From Candidatus Saccharimonadota bacterium (GTDB taxonomy: Bacteria; Pseudomonadota; Gammaproteobacteria; Enterobacterales; Enterobacteriaceae): a DNA stretch of 32,000 bases. Shown here piece by piece: positions 1 to 9,759 of this stretch (position 1 is the first letter of the stretch; the number at the start of each line of letters is the position of its first letter). The notes beneath the pieces are model-generated. The model did not search any database, was not told where the DNA came from, and was given only the letters and a program-made list of their open reading frames with translations. A program made the position numbers and the translations under genes. The stretch spans positions 660,001 through 692,000 of the forward strand of contig NZ_CP046533.1 in NCBI RefSeq assembly GCF_014857065.1, read 5' to 3'.

Positions 1-748
1 TGTAATAGAATTATTTTATTCTCAACCTAAATTAAAGATATTAGGGTATGGAATGTTATTTCCGATATTGCCTAATCGTGATGCAGTATTTCTTGCTGCC
101 GGTGTGCTGGGTGCTACCATTATGCCGCATGTTATTTATCTACATTCTTCTCTTACTCAAAGTAATTCTTTACAGGAGACACGTTTTGATCGTTATTCTG
201 CTACTAAATTAGATGTTGCTATAGCTATGACAATAGCTGGATTTGTTAATTTGTCTATGATGGCTACTGCAGCATCTGCTTTTCATTTTAGTGGATATAC
301 TGGAATTACCGATTTGGATGATGCTTATCTTACATTATCACCCTTATTAAATAATACTGCCGCTACAATTTTTGGATTAAGTTTAGCAGCAGCGGGGTTA
401 TCTTCTACTGTTGTTGGAACTATGGCTGGACAGGTTGTTATGCAAGGTTTTGTTCGTTTTCGTATTCCATTATTGTTACGTCGTATTGTTACTATGTTGC
501 CTTCATTTATAGTTATTTTACTTGGTATTGATCCAACTCATATTTTAGTGACTAGTCAAATATTACTTAGTTTTGGAATTGCATTAGCACTAGTACCATT
601 ATTGATTTTTACTGGTGATGTACATTTAATGGGTGTTGATATGGTGAATTCTTCATTTGTTAAATTTTTAGGTTGGTTAATTACTATTATAGTAATTACA
701 TTAAATATTTATTTATTAATTGGTACTATTACAGATTATTTTTTATAG
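1..748 (+). CDS. mntH: Mn2+/Fe2+:H+ symporter MntH (NRAMP family), 5'-truncated by the window edge
   Basis: The frame of the 53..748 ORF stays open back to nt 2 ([17 protein letters not shown] precedes the first Met), so the gene starts upstream of the window. The translation carries the NRAMP motif [15 protein letters not shown] and several hydrophobic helices. It aligns with roughly the C-terminal half of E. coli MntH. Confidence 0.9.
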   Translation, partial: VIELFYSQPKLKILGYGMLFPILPNRDAVFLAAGVLGATIMPHVIYLHSSLTQSNSLQETRFDRYSATKLDVAIAMTIAGFVNLSMMATAASAFHFSGYTGITDLDDAYLTLSPLLNNTAATIFGLSLAAAGLSSTVVGTMAGQVVMQGFVRFRIPLLLRRIVTMLPSFIVILLGIDPTHILVTSQILLSFGIALALVPLLIFTGDVHLMGVDMVNSSFVKFLGWLITIIVITLNIYLLIGTITDYFL

Positions 749-846
749 TATCATTAAGTAATATTTTGGAAATTATTAATAGTATTTTTGTGATAGGAAG
801 CTCTTATTGATATTTTGAATGTTATAAATTTTCAAGATCTTATAAG

Positions 847-919
847 TGTCTTTGACAGGAATCGAACCTGTAATTAGCTTTTAGGAGAAGCTTGTTATAT
901 CCGTTTTAACTACAAAGAC
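847..919 (-). tRNA. argW: tRNA-Arg, anticodon CCU (decodes AGG)
   Basis: The reverse complement folds by hand as a 73-nt cloverleaf: GTCTTTG/TA/GTTA/AAACGGATA/TAAC/A/AGCTT/CTCCTAA/AAGCT/AATT/ACAGG/TTCGATT/CCTGT/CAAAGAC/A. It has a 7-bp acceptor stem, GG in the D loop, a TTCGATT T-loop, anticodon CCT and discriminator A. It is close to my recollection of E. coli argW. The downstream bases are CTT, so no CCA is encoded. Confidence 0.9.
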
Positions 920-1220
920 CTGTGATTTTGTTGTATATTAGTTTATTTTCTATCAGGTATAATTGTTATTCCTTTTTAATTATGACTTCACAGTATGTTG
1001 GTTTACTTATTTTTTTATTTATTTAATTATGTTAGATATATTAGTGAAGTATGAATACAAAACAAAATTATATTATAATCTTATTAGCAATTCATTTTTA
1101 ATTATATATGAAAATGAATTTTAATCGTTTTGTTATATTGATTTTTTTTGTATTTGTATCTGTTGTTTATTTTAATGTTTAAGTTGTTTGGTTAATTTTT
1201 ATTGTTTTCTTTTATTTGAT

Positions 1221-2282
1221 TTAGTCTCCACATTGAGCTCTTTGTCTTAATACATGATCCATAAGAACGATAGCTATCATAGCTTCTGCTATAGGTACTG
1301 CTCGAATACCAACACATGGGTCATGTCTTCCTTTTGTTACTATTGTTGCAGGTTTGTTGTAATTTGTTATTGTTTTTCCTGGTTTAGTAATGCTCGAGGT
1401 AGGTTTTAAGGCTAAATGCGCAATTATTGATTGCCCAGTACTAATACCTCCAAGAATACCACCGGCATGATTGCTTAAAAAACCTTGAGGAGTTATCTCG
1501 TCTCGGTTTTCATGACCAAGTTTATTAATTACTGAAAAACCATCTCCAATTTCTATTCCTTTTACTGCATTTATTCCCATTAATGCATGAGCTAAATCAG
1601 CATCCAGTTTATCAAATACTGGCTCGCCTAAACCAATTGGTATATTTTCAGCTACAACTGTAATTTTAGCACCTATTGAATTTCCATTTTTTTTTAATTG
1701 TCTTATCATTTTATCTAATGAAGCTAGTTGTGTAGAATCTGGACAAAAGAATTGATTTTTTTGAATTTGACCCCAATCTCGTAATTTACAAGTAATATGA
1801 CCCATTTGTGATAGAAATCCACGTATTTTTATATTGTGTTTTTCAATCAAATATTTTTTAGCAATAGCACCGGCTGCTACTCGCATAGCTGTTTCGCGAG
1901 CTGATGCACGGCCCCCACCACGATAATCTCTTAAGCCATATTTTTTTTCATAACTGTAGTCAGCATGTCCAGGACGATAAATATTTTTAATTTTTTTGTA
2001 ATCTTTTGAACGTTGATCTATATTTTTGATCAGTAAACCTATACTAGTACCTGTAGTTATTTCATTAAAAGTACCAGATAAAATTTTAATTTTATCTGGT
2101 TCAGTTCTTTGCGTGGTATATCGAGACATACCCGGCCGGCGTTTATTAAGTTCACTTTGCAAATCATCTTCTTTTAAAAGAATTCCCGGTGGAACCCCAT
2201 CAATAATTGCACCTAATGCTGTTCCATGCGATTCACCAAAAGTTGTCACACGGAAGAATTGGCCAATGCTATTTCCAGCCAT
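1221..2282 (-). CDS. aroC: chorismate synthase
   Basis: 353 aa. [20 protein letters not shown]...[30 protein letters not shown]...[19 protein letters not shown] is near-colinear with E. coli AroC. Confidence 0.95.
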   Translation of the reverse strand: MAGNSIGQFFRVTTFGESHGTALGAIIDGVPPGILLKEDDLQSELNKRRPGMSRYTTQRTEPDKIKILSGTFNEITTGTSIGLLIKNIDQRSKDYKKIKNIYRPGHADYSYEKKYGLRDYRGGGRASARETAMRVAAGAIAKKYLIEKHNIKIRGFLSQMGHITCKLRDWGQIQKNQFFCPDSTQLASLDKMIRQLKKNGNSIGAKITVVAENIPIGLGEPVFDKLDADLAHALMGINAVKGIEIGDGFSVINKLGHENRDEITPQGFLSNHAGGILGGISTGQSIIAHLALKPTSSITKPGKTITNYNKPATIVTKGRHDPCVGIRAVPIAEAMIAIVLMDHVLRQRAQCGD

Positions 2283-2368
2283 TATTTTATCCTTAGATTG
2301 TTATGAAATCTCAAAATCAATATATCAGAATATATTTCGTATATTTTAACATCAAAAAAGTGATATTG

Positions 2369-3334
2369 TTATTTGGTATAGTTTTTTAATTTTTTTTTAA
2401 ATATTAGATTATAATTGTTTAGTTCTTTTCTTGTAAGCATAAAAACTCCATCTCCACCTTTATTTAAGGTTATCCAATAGAATGGAATTTGTGGATATAA
2501 CTTTTTTATTTTTTTTTTGTTATTGCCTACTTCACAGATTAGAATACCTTTTTCTTTAAGATATTTTGGAGAATTTACTAAGATATCATGAATTAATTTT
2601 AGCCCATCATCTCCTCCAATTAAAGATAAACTAGGTTCAGCTTGAAATTCTTTGGGTAATTTGTTCATTTCATTTTTGCTTACGTAAGGTGGATTACTAA
2701 TAATAAGATCATATTTGATTATAGGAATAATATTTTTAAATAAATTTGATTGTATAGGCAGAACACGTTTATCCATATTATGTAATTTTATATTGTATTC
2801 TGCAACTTGTAAGGCTTCTAAAGAAATGTCTACAGCATCTACTTTGACTTTTGGATAAACAGTTGCTATAGCAATGGCAATACAACCACTTCCTGTGCAC
2901 ATGTCAAGAACATACAGAGGAGTATTTGGCAGTAAATTGTAAAAATTATTATCAATAATTTCTCCGATTGGGGATCTAGGTATTAAAACTCGTTCATCTA
3001 CAAAAAATTTTAACTTACAGAACCAAGCTTGATTAGTTAAATAAGGTACTGGAACACGTTTAATAATTCTTTTTTTAATTAATTTAGTTATTTTTTTTCT
3101 TTCATTTATGGTTAATCTAGCGTTGTATATTTCTAAAGGTAAATTATTAGGTAAATTTAGAATGGAAAAAATTAAGTTTATTGCCTCATCCCAAGCATTA
3201 TTAGTGCCATGTCCATAGAATATTTCAGAAGCATTGAATTTACTTATACTCCAACGTACCATATCTAATATAGTAGATAAGTTTTCGGTTTCATAGGATA
3301 TGTTATATTTATTTTTTTTGATGTGGTTTGCCAT
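2369..3334 (-). CDS. prmB: ribosomal protein uL3 glutamine N5-methyltransferase (PrmB/YfcB)
   Basis: 321 aa. It has the SAM-binding motif LDMCTGSGCIAIA and the catalytic NPPY motif (ISNPPYV). It lies directly upstream of and co-oriented with aroC, as in E. coli. Confidence 0.9.
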   Translation of the reverse strand: MANHIKKNKYNISYETENLSTILDMVRWSISKFNASEIFYGHGTNNAWDEAINLIFSILNLPNNLPLEIYNARLTINERKKITKLIKKRIIKRVPVPYLTNQAWFCKLKFFVDERVLIPRSPIGEIIDNNFYNLLPNTPLYVLDMCTGSGCIAIAIATVYPKVKVDAVDISLEALQVAEYNIKLHNMDKRVLPIQSNLFKNIIPIIKYDLIISNPPYVSKNEMNKLPKEFQAEPSLSLIGGDDGLKLIHDILVNSPKYLKEKGILICEVGNNKKKIKKLYPQIPFYWITLNKGGDGVFMLTRKELNNYNLIFKKKLKNYTK

Positions 3335-3635
3335 AATAATTTTACATATTTTATATTTATAACGAATTGCTAGGATTAGAATAATAATTACGTTAGTGAC
3401 GTTTGAATATTATAGTTTATTTTTATGATACTAGTAATTTATTACAGATGGATTTTTTCATCATGAATATTTATTTGTATCTATTATTATGTTGATTTCT
3501 TAAAATGTTTATGAGATTAATGATGTTATGAGGATGAGTATGTTTCCATTTTATTATATGGTGATGTGAGTTTATACATTATCTCATTTAAATAGGTTTA
3601 TTAAAAATATAAAGTATTTTATAATTTTCCAAATA

Positions 3636-3663
3636 TTCGACACATGTTACGAAGTGTTAAAAT
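3636..3663 (+). promoter_or_regulatory. candidate fabB promoter/operator: 18-bp imperfect palindrome TTCGACACATGTTACGAA followed by the extended -10-like TGtTAAAAT
   Basis: The palindrome at 3636-3653 is 14/18 self-complementary. TGTTAAAAT lies at 3655-3663, about 30 nt before the fabB ATG. This is sequence pattern only, in AT-rich DNA where -10-like hexamers are common. Confidence 0.25.
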
Positions 3664-3678
3664 GTTTTGTTTGTAACG

Positions 3679-3684
3679 AAGGAG
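3679..3684 (+). promoter_or_regulatory. Shine-Dalgarno AAGGAG of fabB
   Basis: AAGGAG ends 7 nt before the ATG at 3692. Confidence 0.6.
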
Positions 3685-3691
3685 TATTGAA

Positions 3692-4903
3692 ATGAAACGC
3701 GCAGTTGTCACTGGATTGGGGATTTTATCAAGTATTGGTAATAGTCAGAAAGAGGTTTTATTTTCCTTAAAACAAGGTCGATCTGGGATTGTTTTTTCTC
3801 AAGAATTGAGGGATTCTGGTATGCGCAGTCAAATTTGGGGTAATGTGAAGCTTGATATATCAGGATTAATTGATCGTAAGATTATGCGTTTTATGAGTGA
3901 TGCATCTATTTATGCATATTTATCTATGGAGCAGGCTATAATTGATTCTGGATTGACTCATGCTTTTATTTCTAGTGATAATGTGGGTGTAATTGTTGGT
4001 TCTGGTGGTGGTTCCCCGCATAATCAAGTAGTTGGTTCAGATGGTATGCGTTCTCGTGGTTTACGTGGAGTTGGTCCTTATATGGTAACTAAAGCTATGG
4101 CTTCTGGGATTTCAGCGTGTTTGGCAACTTCGTTTAAAATTAAAGGCGTTAGTTATTCAATTAGTTCTGCATGTTCAACTTCTACGCATTGCATTGGTAA
4201 TGCAGTAGAATTAATTCAATTAGGGAAACAAATTCTTATATTTGCTGGAGGTGGAGAAGAATTATGTTGGGAAATGGCTTGTGAATTTGATGCAATGGGT
4301 GCTTTATCTACTAAGTACAATTCTGTGCCTGAGAAAGCGTCACGTGCTTATGATGTGAATCGTGATGGTTTTGTTATTGCAGGAGGAGGAGGTATTATTG
4401 TTGTTGAAGAATTGGAACATGCATTAAAAAGGGATGCTCATATTTATGCAGAGATTATCGGTTATGGCGCCACCTCTGATGGATCTGATATGGTAGCTCC
4501 TTCTGGAGAAGGAGCAATTAGATGTATGAAGATGGCATTGAAAGGTATTGATGTATCTTCTATTGATTATTTAAATGTTCATGGTACTTCAACACAAATA
4601 GGTGATGTAAAGGAATTATGGGCTATTCGTAAAACTTTTCTTGATAACAAACCAGCTATTTCATCTACAAAGTCTATGACTGGTCATTCGTTGGGTGCAG
4701 CAGGTGTTCATGAAGTGATTTTCACTTTGTTAATGTTAGAAAATGGTTTTATTGCTCCTAGCATTAATATAGATGAATTGGATATTCGAGCGAAAGATAT
4801 GCATATTATTACTAAGCCTACCTTATGTAAATTAAAGACGGTTATGACAAATAGCTTTGGTTTTGGCGGGACTAACGCTACGTTGGTAATGCGTAAATTA
4901 TAA
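3692..4903 (+). CDS. fabB: 3-oxoacyl-ACP synthase I (KAS I)
   Basis: 403 aa. [55 protein letters not shown] tracks the E. coli FabB N-terminus. It has the active-site Cys context SISSACSTS, His residues in NVHGTSTQ and [10 protein letters not shown], and the C-terminal [13 protein letters not shown]. Confidence 0.95.
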   Translation: MKRAVVTGLGILSSIGNSQKEVLFSLKQGRSGIVFSQELRDSGMRSQIWGNVKLDISGLIDRKIMRFMSDASIYAYLSMEQAIIDSGLTHAFISSDNVGVIVGSGGGSPHNQVVGSDGMRSRGLRGVGPYMVTKAMASGISACLATSFKIKGVSYSISSACSTSTHCIGNAVELIQLGKQILIFAGGGEELCWEMACEFDAMGALSTKYNSVPEKASRAYDVNRDGFVIAGGGGIIVVEELEHALKRDAHIYAEIIGYGATSDGSDMVAPSGEGAIRCMKMALKGIDVSSIDYLNVHGTSTQIGDVKELWAIRKTFLDNKPAISSTKSMTGHSLGAAGVHEVIFTLLMLENGFIAPSINIDELDIRAKDMHIITKPTLCKLKTVMTNSFGFGGTNATLVMRKL

Positions 4904-5316
4904 TAATTGTTTGCTTGTATTTTAATTTTTTATTTTAATTTATTGTATATATAAGTAATTTTATTTTAGTTTAAATTGATAAATATTTTAATTTTGATAT
5001 TGGCGAGTATTGTTTTTTAAATTAGGATATTAAACTATAATTTAAGATTTTTGTATCTTATGATTTTGTTATTTTATTTCTTTGTCTTTTGCAATTATAT
5101 TTGTTTAATTATAATTTTAGGTTGAATTTGGTATTTTTTAAATTTTGTATTAATTTATGTTTTATTGAATATTTTATAATTCGAATTTATACTTAGAATA
5201 CATAAAAATTTTTATAATTTTGTCTTTCAAAATTATTGCGTCGTTATTAGCATTGGCAAGTTTATTTAATTCTTTTGTATATTGCCATTGTATATTACAT
5301 GGGTTTAATTATTTCG

Positions 5317-6429
5317 ATGAAAATTTTAGTGGATGAAGATTTATTATATGTAAAACAACTTTTTAGTAAATTAGGTGAAATTGTACTTTTAAATGGATAT
5401 AATATTACAATTGATTGTTTAAAGTTAATTGATGCTTTGATAGTGCGTTCCGTTACTAATGTAAATGCTGAATTACTGTATAATACATCAGTAAAATTTG
5501 TTGGTAGTGTTACTGCTGGTGTAGATCATCTCGATCTAAATTGGTTGACTAAATCTGGCGTTAAATTTATTAATGCACCAGGTTGTAATGCAAGGTCGGT
5601 TGTAGAGTATATATTTTCTGGATTATTTTTTTTAGCGAAACGTTATGGTTTTTTTTTGCGTGATAAAATAGTTGGTATAATTGGAGTGGGTAATATTGGT
5701 AAACTTTTATGTCAGCTTCTTGATTTACTTGAAGTACAAACTTTATTGTGTGATCCACCTTTAGCAAAAGGTGGTGCTATTGGTAATTGGCATGCATTGG
5801 AAAAATTAGTATCTGAAGCAGATATATTAACTTTTCATGTCCCTTTAATATATGATGGACCATATGCTACTTGGCATATGGTCGATGATGATTTTTTATC
5901 TGCTTTGCCTTCTAATCGTATTTTAATTAATACTTGTCGGGGAGGAGTATTTGATAATTATGCTTTATTAAGAGCATTGCAAAATGGAAAAAAAATAAAT
6001 GTTATCCTAGACGTTTGGGAATTTGAACCCAAAATATTGTTGCCTTTATTGTATAGTATTGATATTGGAACTCCTCATATAGCCGGTTCTAGTATTGAAG
6101 GTAAAATTAGAGGCGCACAATGTATATTTAATGCTTATAATAATTTTATTTCTGTTGATCGAGTAGTGAATTCGCCATTTTTGCTTCCTCCAATAATGTA
6201 TTATAGAAGATTAACTAGCGTATTAGATGAAAAGCTTTTATCTGATTTAATACATTCAGTATATGATATTTATCATGATAATATTTCTTTAAAGAACAAC
6301 GCAGAAAAGTTTGGATATTTTGAGTGGTTTCGTAAATATTATTTAAATCGTCGAGAGTGGTCTTCACTGTATGTACACTCTTTTTATAGCGCTGATATTG
6401 AAATATTGAGAGAATTAGGTTTTAGTTAA
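5317..6429 (+). CDS. pdxB: erythronate-4-phosphate dehydrogenase
   Basis: The track ORF starts at a TTG at 5275, but the ATG at 5317 gives MKILVDE..., matching the E. coli PdxB N-terminus (MKILVDEN). It has the NAD-binding motif GIIGVGNIGK and ends ...REWSSLYV...LGF as PdxB does. Confidence 0.9.
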   Translation: MKILVDEDLLYVKQLFSKLGEIVLLNGYNITIDCLKLIDALIVRSVTNVNAELLYNTSVKFVGSVTAGVDHLDLNWLTKSGVKFINAPGCNARSVVEYIFSGLFFLAKRYGFFLRDKIVGIIGVGNIGKLLCQLLDLLEVQTLLCDPPLAKGGAIGNWHALEKLVSEADILTFHVPLIYDGPYATWHMVDDDFLSALPSNRILINTCRGGVFDNYALLRALQNGKKINVILDVWEFEPKILLPLLYSIDIGTPHIAGSSIEGKIRGAQCIFNAYNNFISVDRVVNSPFLLPPIMYYRRLTSVLDEKLLSDLIHSVYDIYHDNISLKNNAEKFGYFEWFRKYYLNRREWSSLYVHSFYSADIEILRELGFS

Positions 6430-6538
6430 TTATTATATTTCAAAATGTGGTGATTATTGTTTTGTTTTTTATTTTATCTCTAATATATTAAATATTTTAT
6501 ATTTATGTTTAATGAAAAGAATTTAGGGTTCATATATT

Positions 6539-7324
6539 GTGATATATAGATTAGCTTTATGTGTTGAGTATGACGGTTCTTCTTATTTTGGATGGCAACG
6601 ACAACCTTATTTACCAACTGTGCAAGCTAATTTAGAGAATGCTTTATCTTCAATAGCTTCTGAACAAATAGTTGTTTTTTGTGCTGGTCGAACTGATGCT
6701 CGAGTACATGCAATAGGACAGGTGGTGCATTTTGAAACTAAATCTTATCGGTTATGTTCTTCTTGGGTAACTGGTGTTAATAGTTATTTACCGTCGGATA
6801 TTTCTGTACATTGGGTAGTAATAGTTGACAAGGATTTTCATGCTAGATTTAGTGCTATTTCAAGGCGTTATTGTTATATAATTTATAATGATAGGATGCG
6901 ATCTGCAATTCTTTATAAAAGGGTAACTCATTACAAAAAATTTTTAGATGTAAATAAAATGGCACAAGCTGGGAAATATTTATTGGGTAAAAACGATTTT
7001 ACTTCATTTCAAGCAAGTGGTTGTCAGTCGTATTCTTCTTTTCGCCATTTACATCATTTGTTTGTGCATCGATATGAGCAGTATGTAATAATAGATATTA
7101 AAGCCAATGCTTTTTTATATCACATGGTACGTAATATAGTAGGAAGTTTGATTGAGGTGGGTTGTAATAATAAACCTGTAGATTGGATTGCTGAATTATT
7201 GGTTAAACGCGATCGATCTTTAGCTGCGTCTATTGCTCCTCCAGATGGTCTCTACTTGATTTCAGTAGAATATCCTTCTAATTTTAATTTTCCTACGGGA
7301 TCATCTATTGTTCCTTTTTTTTAA
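6539..7324 (+). CDS. truA: tRNA pseudouridine(38-40) synthase
   Basis: 261 aa with a GTG start at 6539. It contains YRLALCVEYDGSSYFGWQRQ, the catalytic Asp motif FCAGRTDARVHA, FHARFSA, and DIKANAFLYHMVRNIVGSL. Confidence 0.92.
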   Translation: MIYRLALCVEYDGSSYFGWQRQPYLPTVQANLENALSSIASEQIVVFCAGRTDARVHAIGQVVHFETKSYRLCSSWVTGVNSYLPSDISVHWVVIVDKDFHARFSAISRRYCYIIYNDRMRSAILYKRVTHYKKFLDVNKMAQAGKYLLGKNDFTSFQASGCQSYSSFRHLHHLFVHRYEQYVIIDIKANAFLYHMVRNIVGSLIEVGCNNKPVDWIAELLVKRDRSLAASIAPPDGLYLISVEYPSNFNFPTGSSIVPFF

Positions 7325-7497
7325 AAAAATTTATTATATTTAGAATATAATTTTTGAGTGTTTAATTATTAATGCATATAAAATAATCTTAGTTAATGTG
7401 TTTATTTTAGGTAATTACGTGAATTTAGTAATAATTCATATGAATTTTCATTTCTTTTCAGATAGTATTGAAAATAAATAATAGGTAATAAAATATT

Positions 7498-8367
7498 ATG
7501 AGTTGGATTGAACGCATTTTAAATAAAAGAACTATTAAACTAGCACATAAAACGAATATTCCAGAAGGAATTTGGACTAAATGTAATAGTTGTAAGCAAA
7601 TATTATATAAAGAAGAATTAAAGCGTAATTTGGAAGTATGTCCTAAATGTGATCATCATATGTTTATATCTGCACGAGTCAGGTTGTTATCCTTTTTAGA
7701 TAAGGATACGGTGTATGAGATAGGAAGTGAGTTAGAACCAAAAGATATTTTGAAATTTAAGGATATAAAAAAATATAAAGATAGATTGCTTGTTGCACAA
7801 AAGTTAACTAATGAAAAGGAAGCATTAGTTGCAATGCAAGGTACCTTATATGGTATGCGAATAATTGCAGTTGCTTTTGAGTTTTTTTTTATTGGAGGAT
7901 CTATGTCTTCTGTAGTAGGAACTAAATTTGTACATGCTGTAAATCGAGCGTTACAATTTTCTTGTCCTCTTGTATGTTTTTCTGCTAGTGGTGGAGCTCG
8001 TATGCAAGAAGCATTGATTTCCTTAATGCAAATGGCCAAAACTAGTGCTGCTTTAGCTAAATTACATAATCAATGTTTACCTTATATTTCAGTATTAACC
8101 AACCCAACTATGGGGGGGGTATCAGCTAGTCTAGCAATGTTGGGTGATTTGAATATCGCTGAACCTAAAGCTTTAATAGGATTTGCAGGGCCGCGTGTTA
8201 TCGAACAAACTGTACGTGAGAAGCTGCCTGATGAGTTTCAGCGTAGTGAATTTCTTTTAGAAAAAGGCGTCATTGATCTGATTATTCGTCGTCAAGAATT
8301 AAGATTACGTCTCGCAAAATTATTGGCTAAATTAACATGTCACCCGCAACCTCGAGTTGAACATTGA
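7498..8367 (+). CDS. accD: acetyl-CoA carboxylase carboxyltransferase beta subunit
   Basis: 289 aa. It has the MSWIERI N-terminus and a Cys4 zinc finger (CNSCKQ...CPKCDHH). GGSMSSVVG and [10 protein letters not shown] match AccD. Confidence 0.95.
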   Translation: MSWIERILNKRTIKLAHKTNIPEGIWTKCNSCKQILYKEELKRNLEVCPKCDHHMFISARVRLLSFLDKDTVYEIGSELEPKDILKFKDIKKYKDRLLVAQKLTNEKEALVAMQGTLYGMRIIAVAFEFFFIGGSMSSVVGTKFVHAVNRALQFSCPLVCFSASGGARMQEALISLMQMAKTSAALAKLHNQCLPYISVLTNPTMGGVSASLAMLGDLNIAEPKALIGFAGPRVIEQTVREKLPDEFQRSEFLLEKGVIDLIIRRQELRLRLAKLLAKLTCHPQPRVEH

Positions 8368-8490
8368 GATGTCAATTTTATCTTCTAATTGCGAGTTACT
8401 ATTAGGAATTTTGTAATTATTTTATTAATTTAAAGTATTTTATATTAATTATGTATGGTGTAATTAATATTAATTGTTTCGTTTATATAT

Positions 8491-9759
8491 ATGAATATAA
8501 AAAGCACTATACCAAAAGCAACTTCTTCATTAATGAGGTGGTTAAATTATATTCAAAACTTGCATTATAAAAATATTGATTTAGGTTTAGATCGAATCTT
8601 AATTGTAGCTGATAGACTTGGTCTTTTACCTATTAGTTCTTTTATTATACTTGTAGGAGGTACTAATGGTAAAGGCACTACTTGTTGTTTATTAGAACAT
8701 ATTTTAATCGCTAGTGGTTATAGAGTTGGTGTTTATACCTCTCCTCATTTGTTAAGTTATACTGAGCGAATACGTATTCAAGGCAGAGAATTACCTCATA
8801 TCACCCACACTAAAGTTATGGCTTTAATTGAAAAAAATCGTGGTTCGATTTCTTTGAGTTATTTCGAGTTTATTACCTTATCAGCACTTCAATTATTTAA
8901 ATATTCACAGTTAGGAGTAATAATTTTAGAAGTCGGTGTCGGAGGACGTTTAGATGCTACAAATATTGTTAGTCCTAATTTGTCTATAATTACTAATGTC
9001 GCATTAGATCACACTGATTTATTAGGATCGGATTTTATTAGTATAGCTAAAGAGAAATCTGGTATTCTTCGTTTTAATAAACCAGCTATTATTGGTGAAC
9101 CTTTACAACCCGCCATTTTAGATATATTGTCCCATCATGGTTCTTGTTTATTTGTTAAGCAATATAATTGGTGGTATAGCATAGGAAAGAAAGACTGGTG
9201 TTGGTGGACTTCTGACGATATTTTGAGATCATTACCTTTACCTAAAATTCCATTGAATAATGCAGCTACTGTTATTGCCGCGTTATATTGCTTGCCATTA
9301 TCTATTTCTGAAAAAGCGATACATAGAGGTTTGCGTAATACAAATGTATTAGGACGTTTTCAAATTGTTGGTAAGCATCCTTTAATTATTTTAGACGTAG
9401 CACATAATCCTCATGCAGCTAGCTATTTATCTGAACGTCTATCAACTGTTTCTTTTACTGGTAAACTTAGAGCTGTTGTTGGGATGTTATCAAATAAAAA
9501 TATTGCTGAAACGTTACGTTGTTTGCATCATTTAGTAGATATTTGGTATTGTGTATCATTAAATGTTCCTTTGGGGTCCTGTGCAGCGGAGTTAGCTGCA
9601 CATATAAAAACTGATTCAAATGTGTTAAAATTTCCAAATGTTGATACCGCTTGGACTAAAGTGATGAAAGATGTTGATGTTAAAGATTGCATATTAGTAT
9701 TTGGTTCTTTTTATATAGTATCACCGGTGATGAAATTAATTTATTTTTCTTCATTATAA
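8491..9759 (+). CDS. folC: bifunctional dihydrofolate synthase / folylpolyglutamate synthase
   Basis: 422 aa. It has the P-loop VGGTNGKGTT, YTSPHLLSYTERIRI, LEVGVGGRLDATN, and DVAHNPHAASYL. It follows accD as in E. coli. Confidence 0.93.
   Translation: MNIKSTIPKATSSLMRWLNYIQNLHYKNIDLGLDRILIVADRLGLLPISSFIILVGGTNGKGTTCCLLEHILIASGYRVGVYTSPHLLSYTERIRIQGRELPHITHTKVMALIEKNRGSISLSYFEFITLSALQLFKYSQLGVIILEVGVGGRLDATNIVSPNLSIITNVALDHTDLLGSDFISIAKEKSGILRFNKPAIIGEPLQPAILDILSHHGSCLFVKQYNWWYSIGKKDWCWWTSDDILRSLPLPKIPLNNAATVIAALYCLPLSISEKAIHRGLRNTNVLGRFQIVGKHPLIILDVAHNPHAASYLSERLSTVSFTGKLRAVVGMLSNKNIAETLRCLHHLVDIWYCVSLNVPLGSCAAELAAHIKTDSNVLKFPNVDTAWTKVMKDVDVKDCILVFGSFYIVSPVMKLIYFSSL

Noticed and set aside
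1108-1182. 24-codon hydrophobic mini-ORF (MKMNFNRFVILIFFVFVSVVYFNV) in the argW-aroC spacer
   Set aside because: T-rich DNA translates into Phe/Val/Ile-rich peptides by default. There is no SD, and I cannot assess conservation. There is not enough evidence to call a gene.
749-1220. Possible integrated element at tRNA-Arg(CCU), a known integration hotspot in enterics
   Set aside because: There is no integrase-like ORF, no visible direct repeat of the tRNA 3' end in the flanks, and the flanks are only short AT-rich spacers.
2026-2349. 107-aa plus-strand ORF overlapping the aroC 5' region
   Set aside because: It is antisense to a fully conserved aroC, its composition is low-complexity, and I recognise no motif. 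It is a typical shadow ORF.
5275-5316. Upstream TTG start for pdxB and the upstream ATG at 13955 for nuoF, as given in the ORF track
   Set aside because: Homology to the E. coli N-termini (MKILVDE for PdxB, ...RTPE.HPLTWR for NuoF) and the TAATG stop/start overlap with nuoE favour the downstream ATGs at 5317 and 13976.
7315-7329. T8-A7 palindrome spanning the truA stop codon as a terminator
   Set aside because: It is a pure A/T stem with no loop and negligible stability. It is more likely a by-product of the FF codons plus TAA and the AT-rich spacer.
7656-8039. 127-aa minus-strand ORF inside accD, long for such AT-rich DNA
   Set aside because: It lies entirely antisense to the most conserved, relatively GC-richer part of accD, where stop codons are depleted on the opposite strand. 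It has no motif and no upstream start context.
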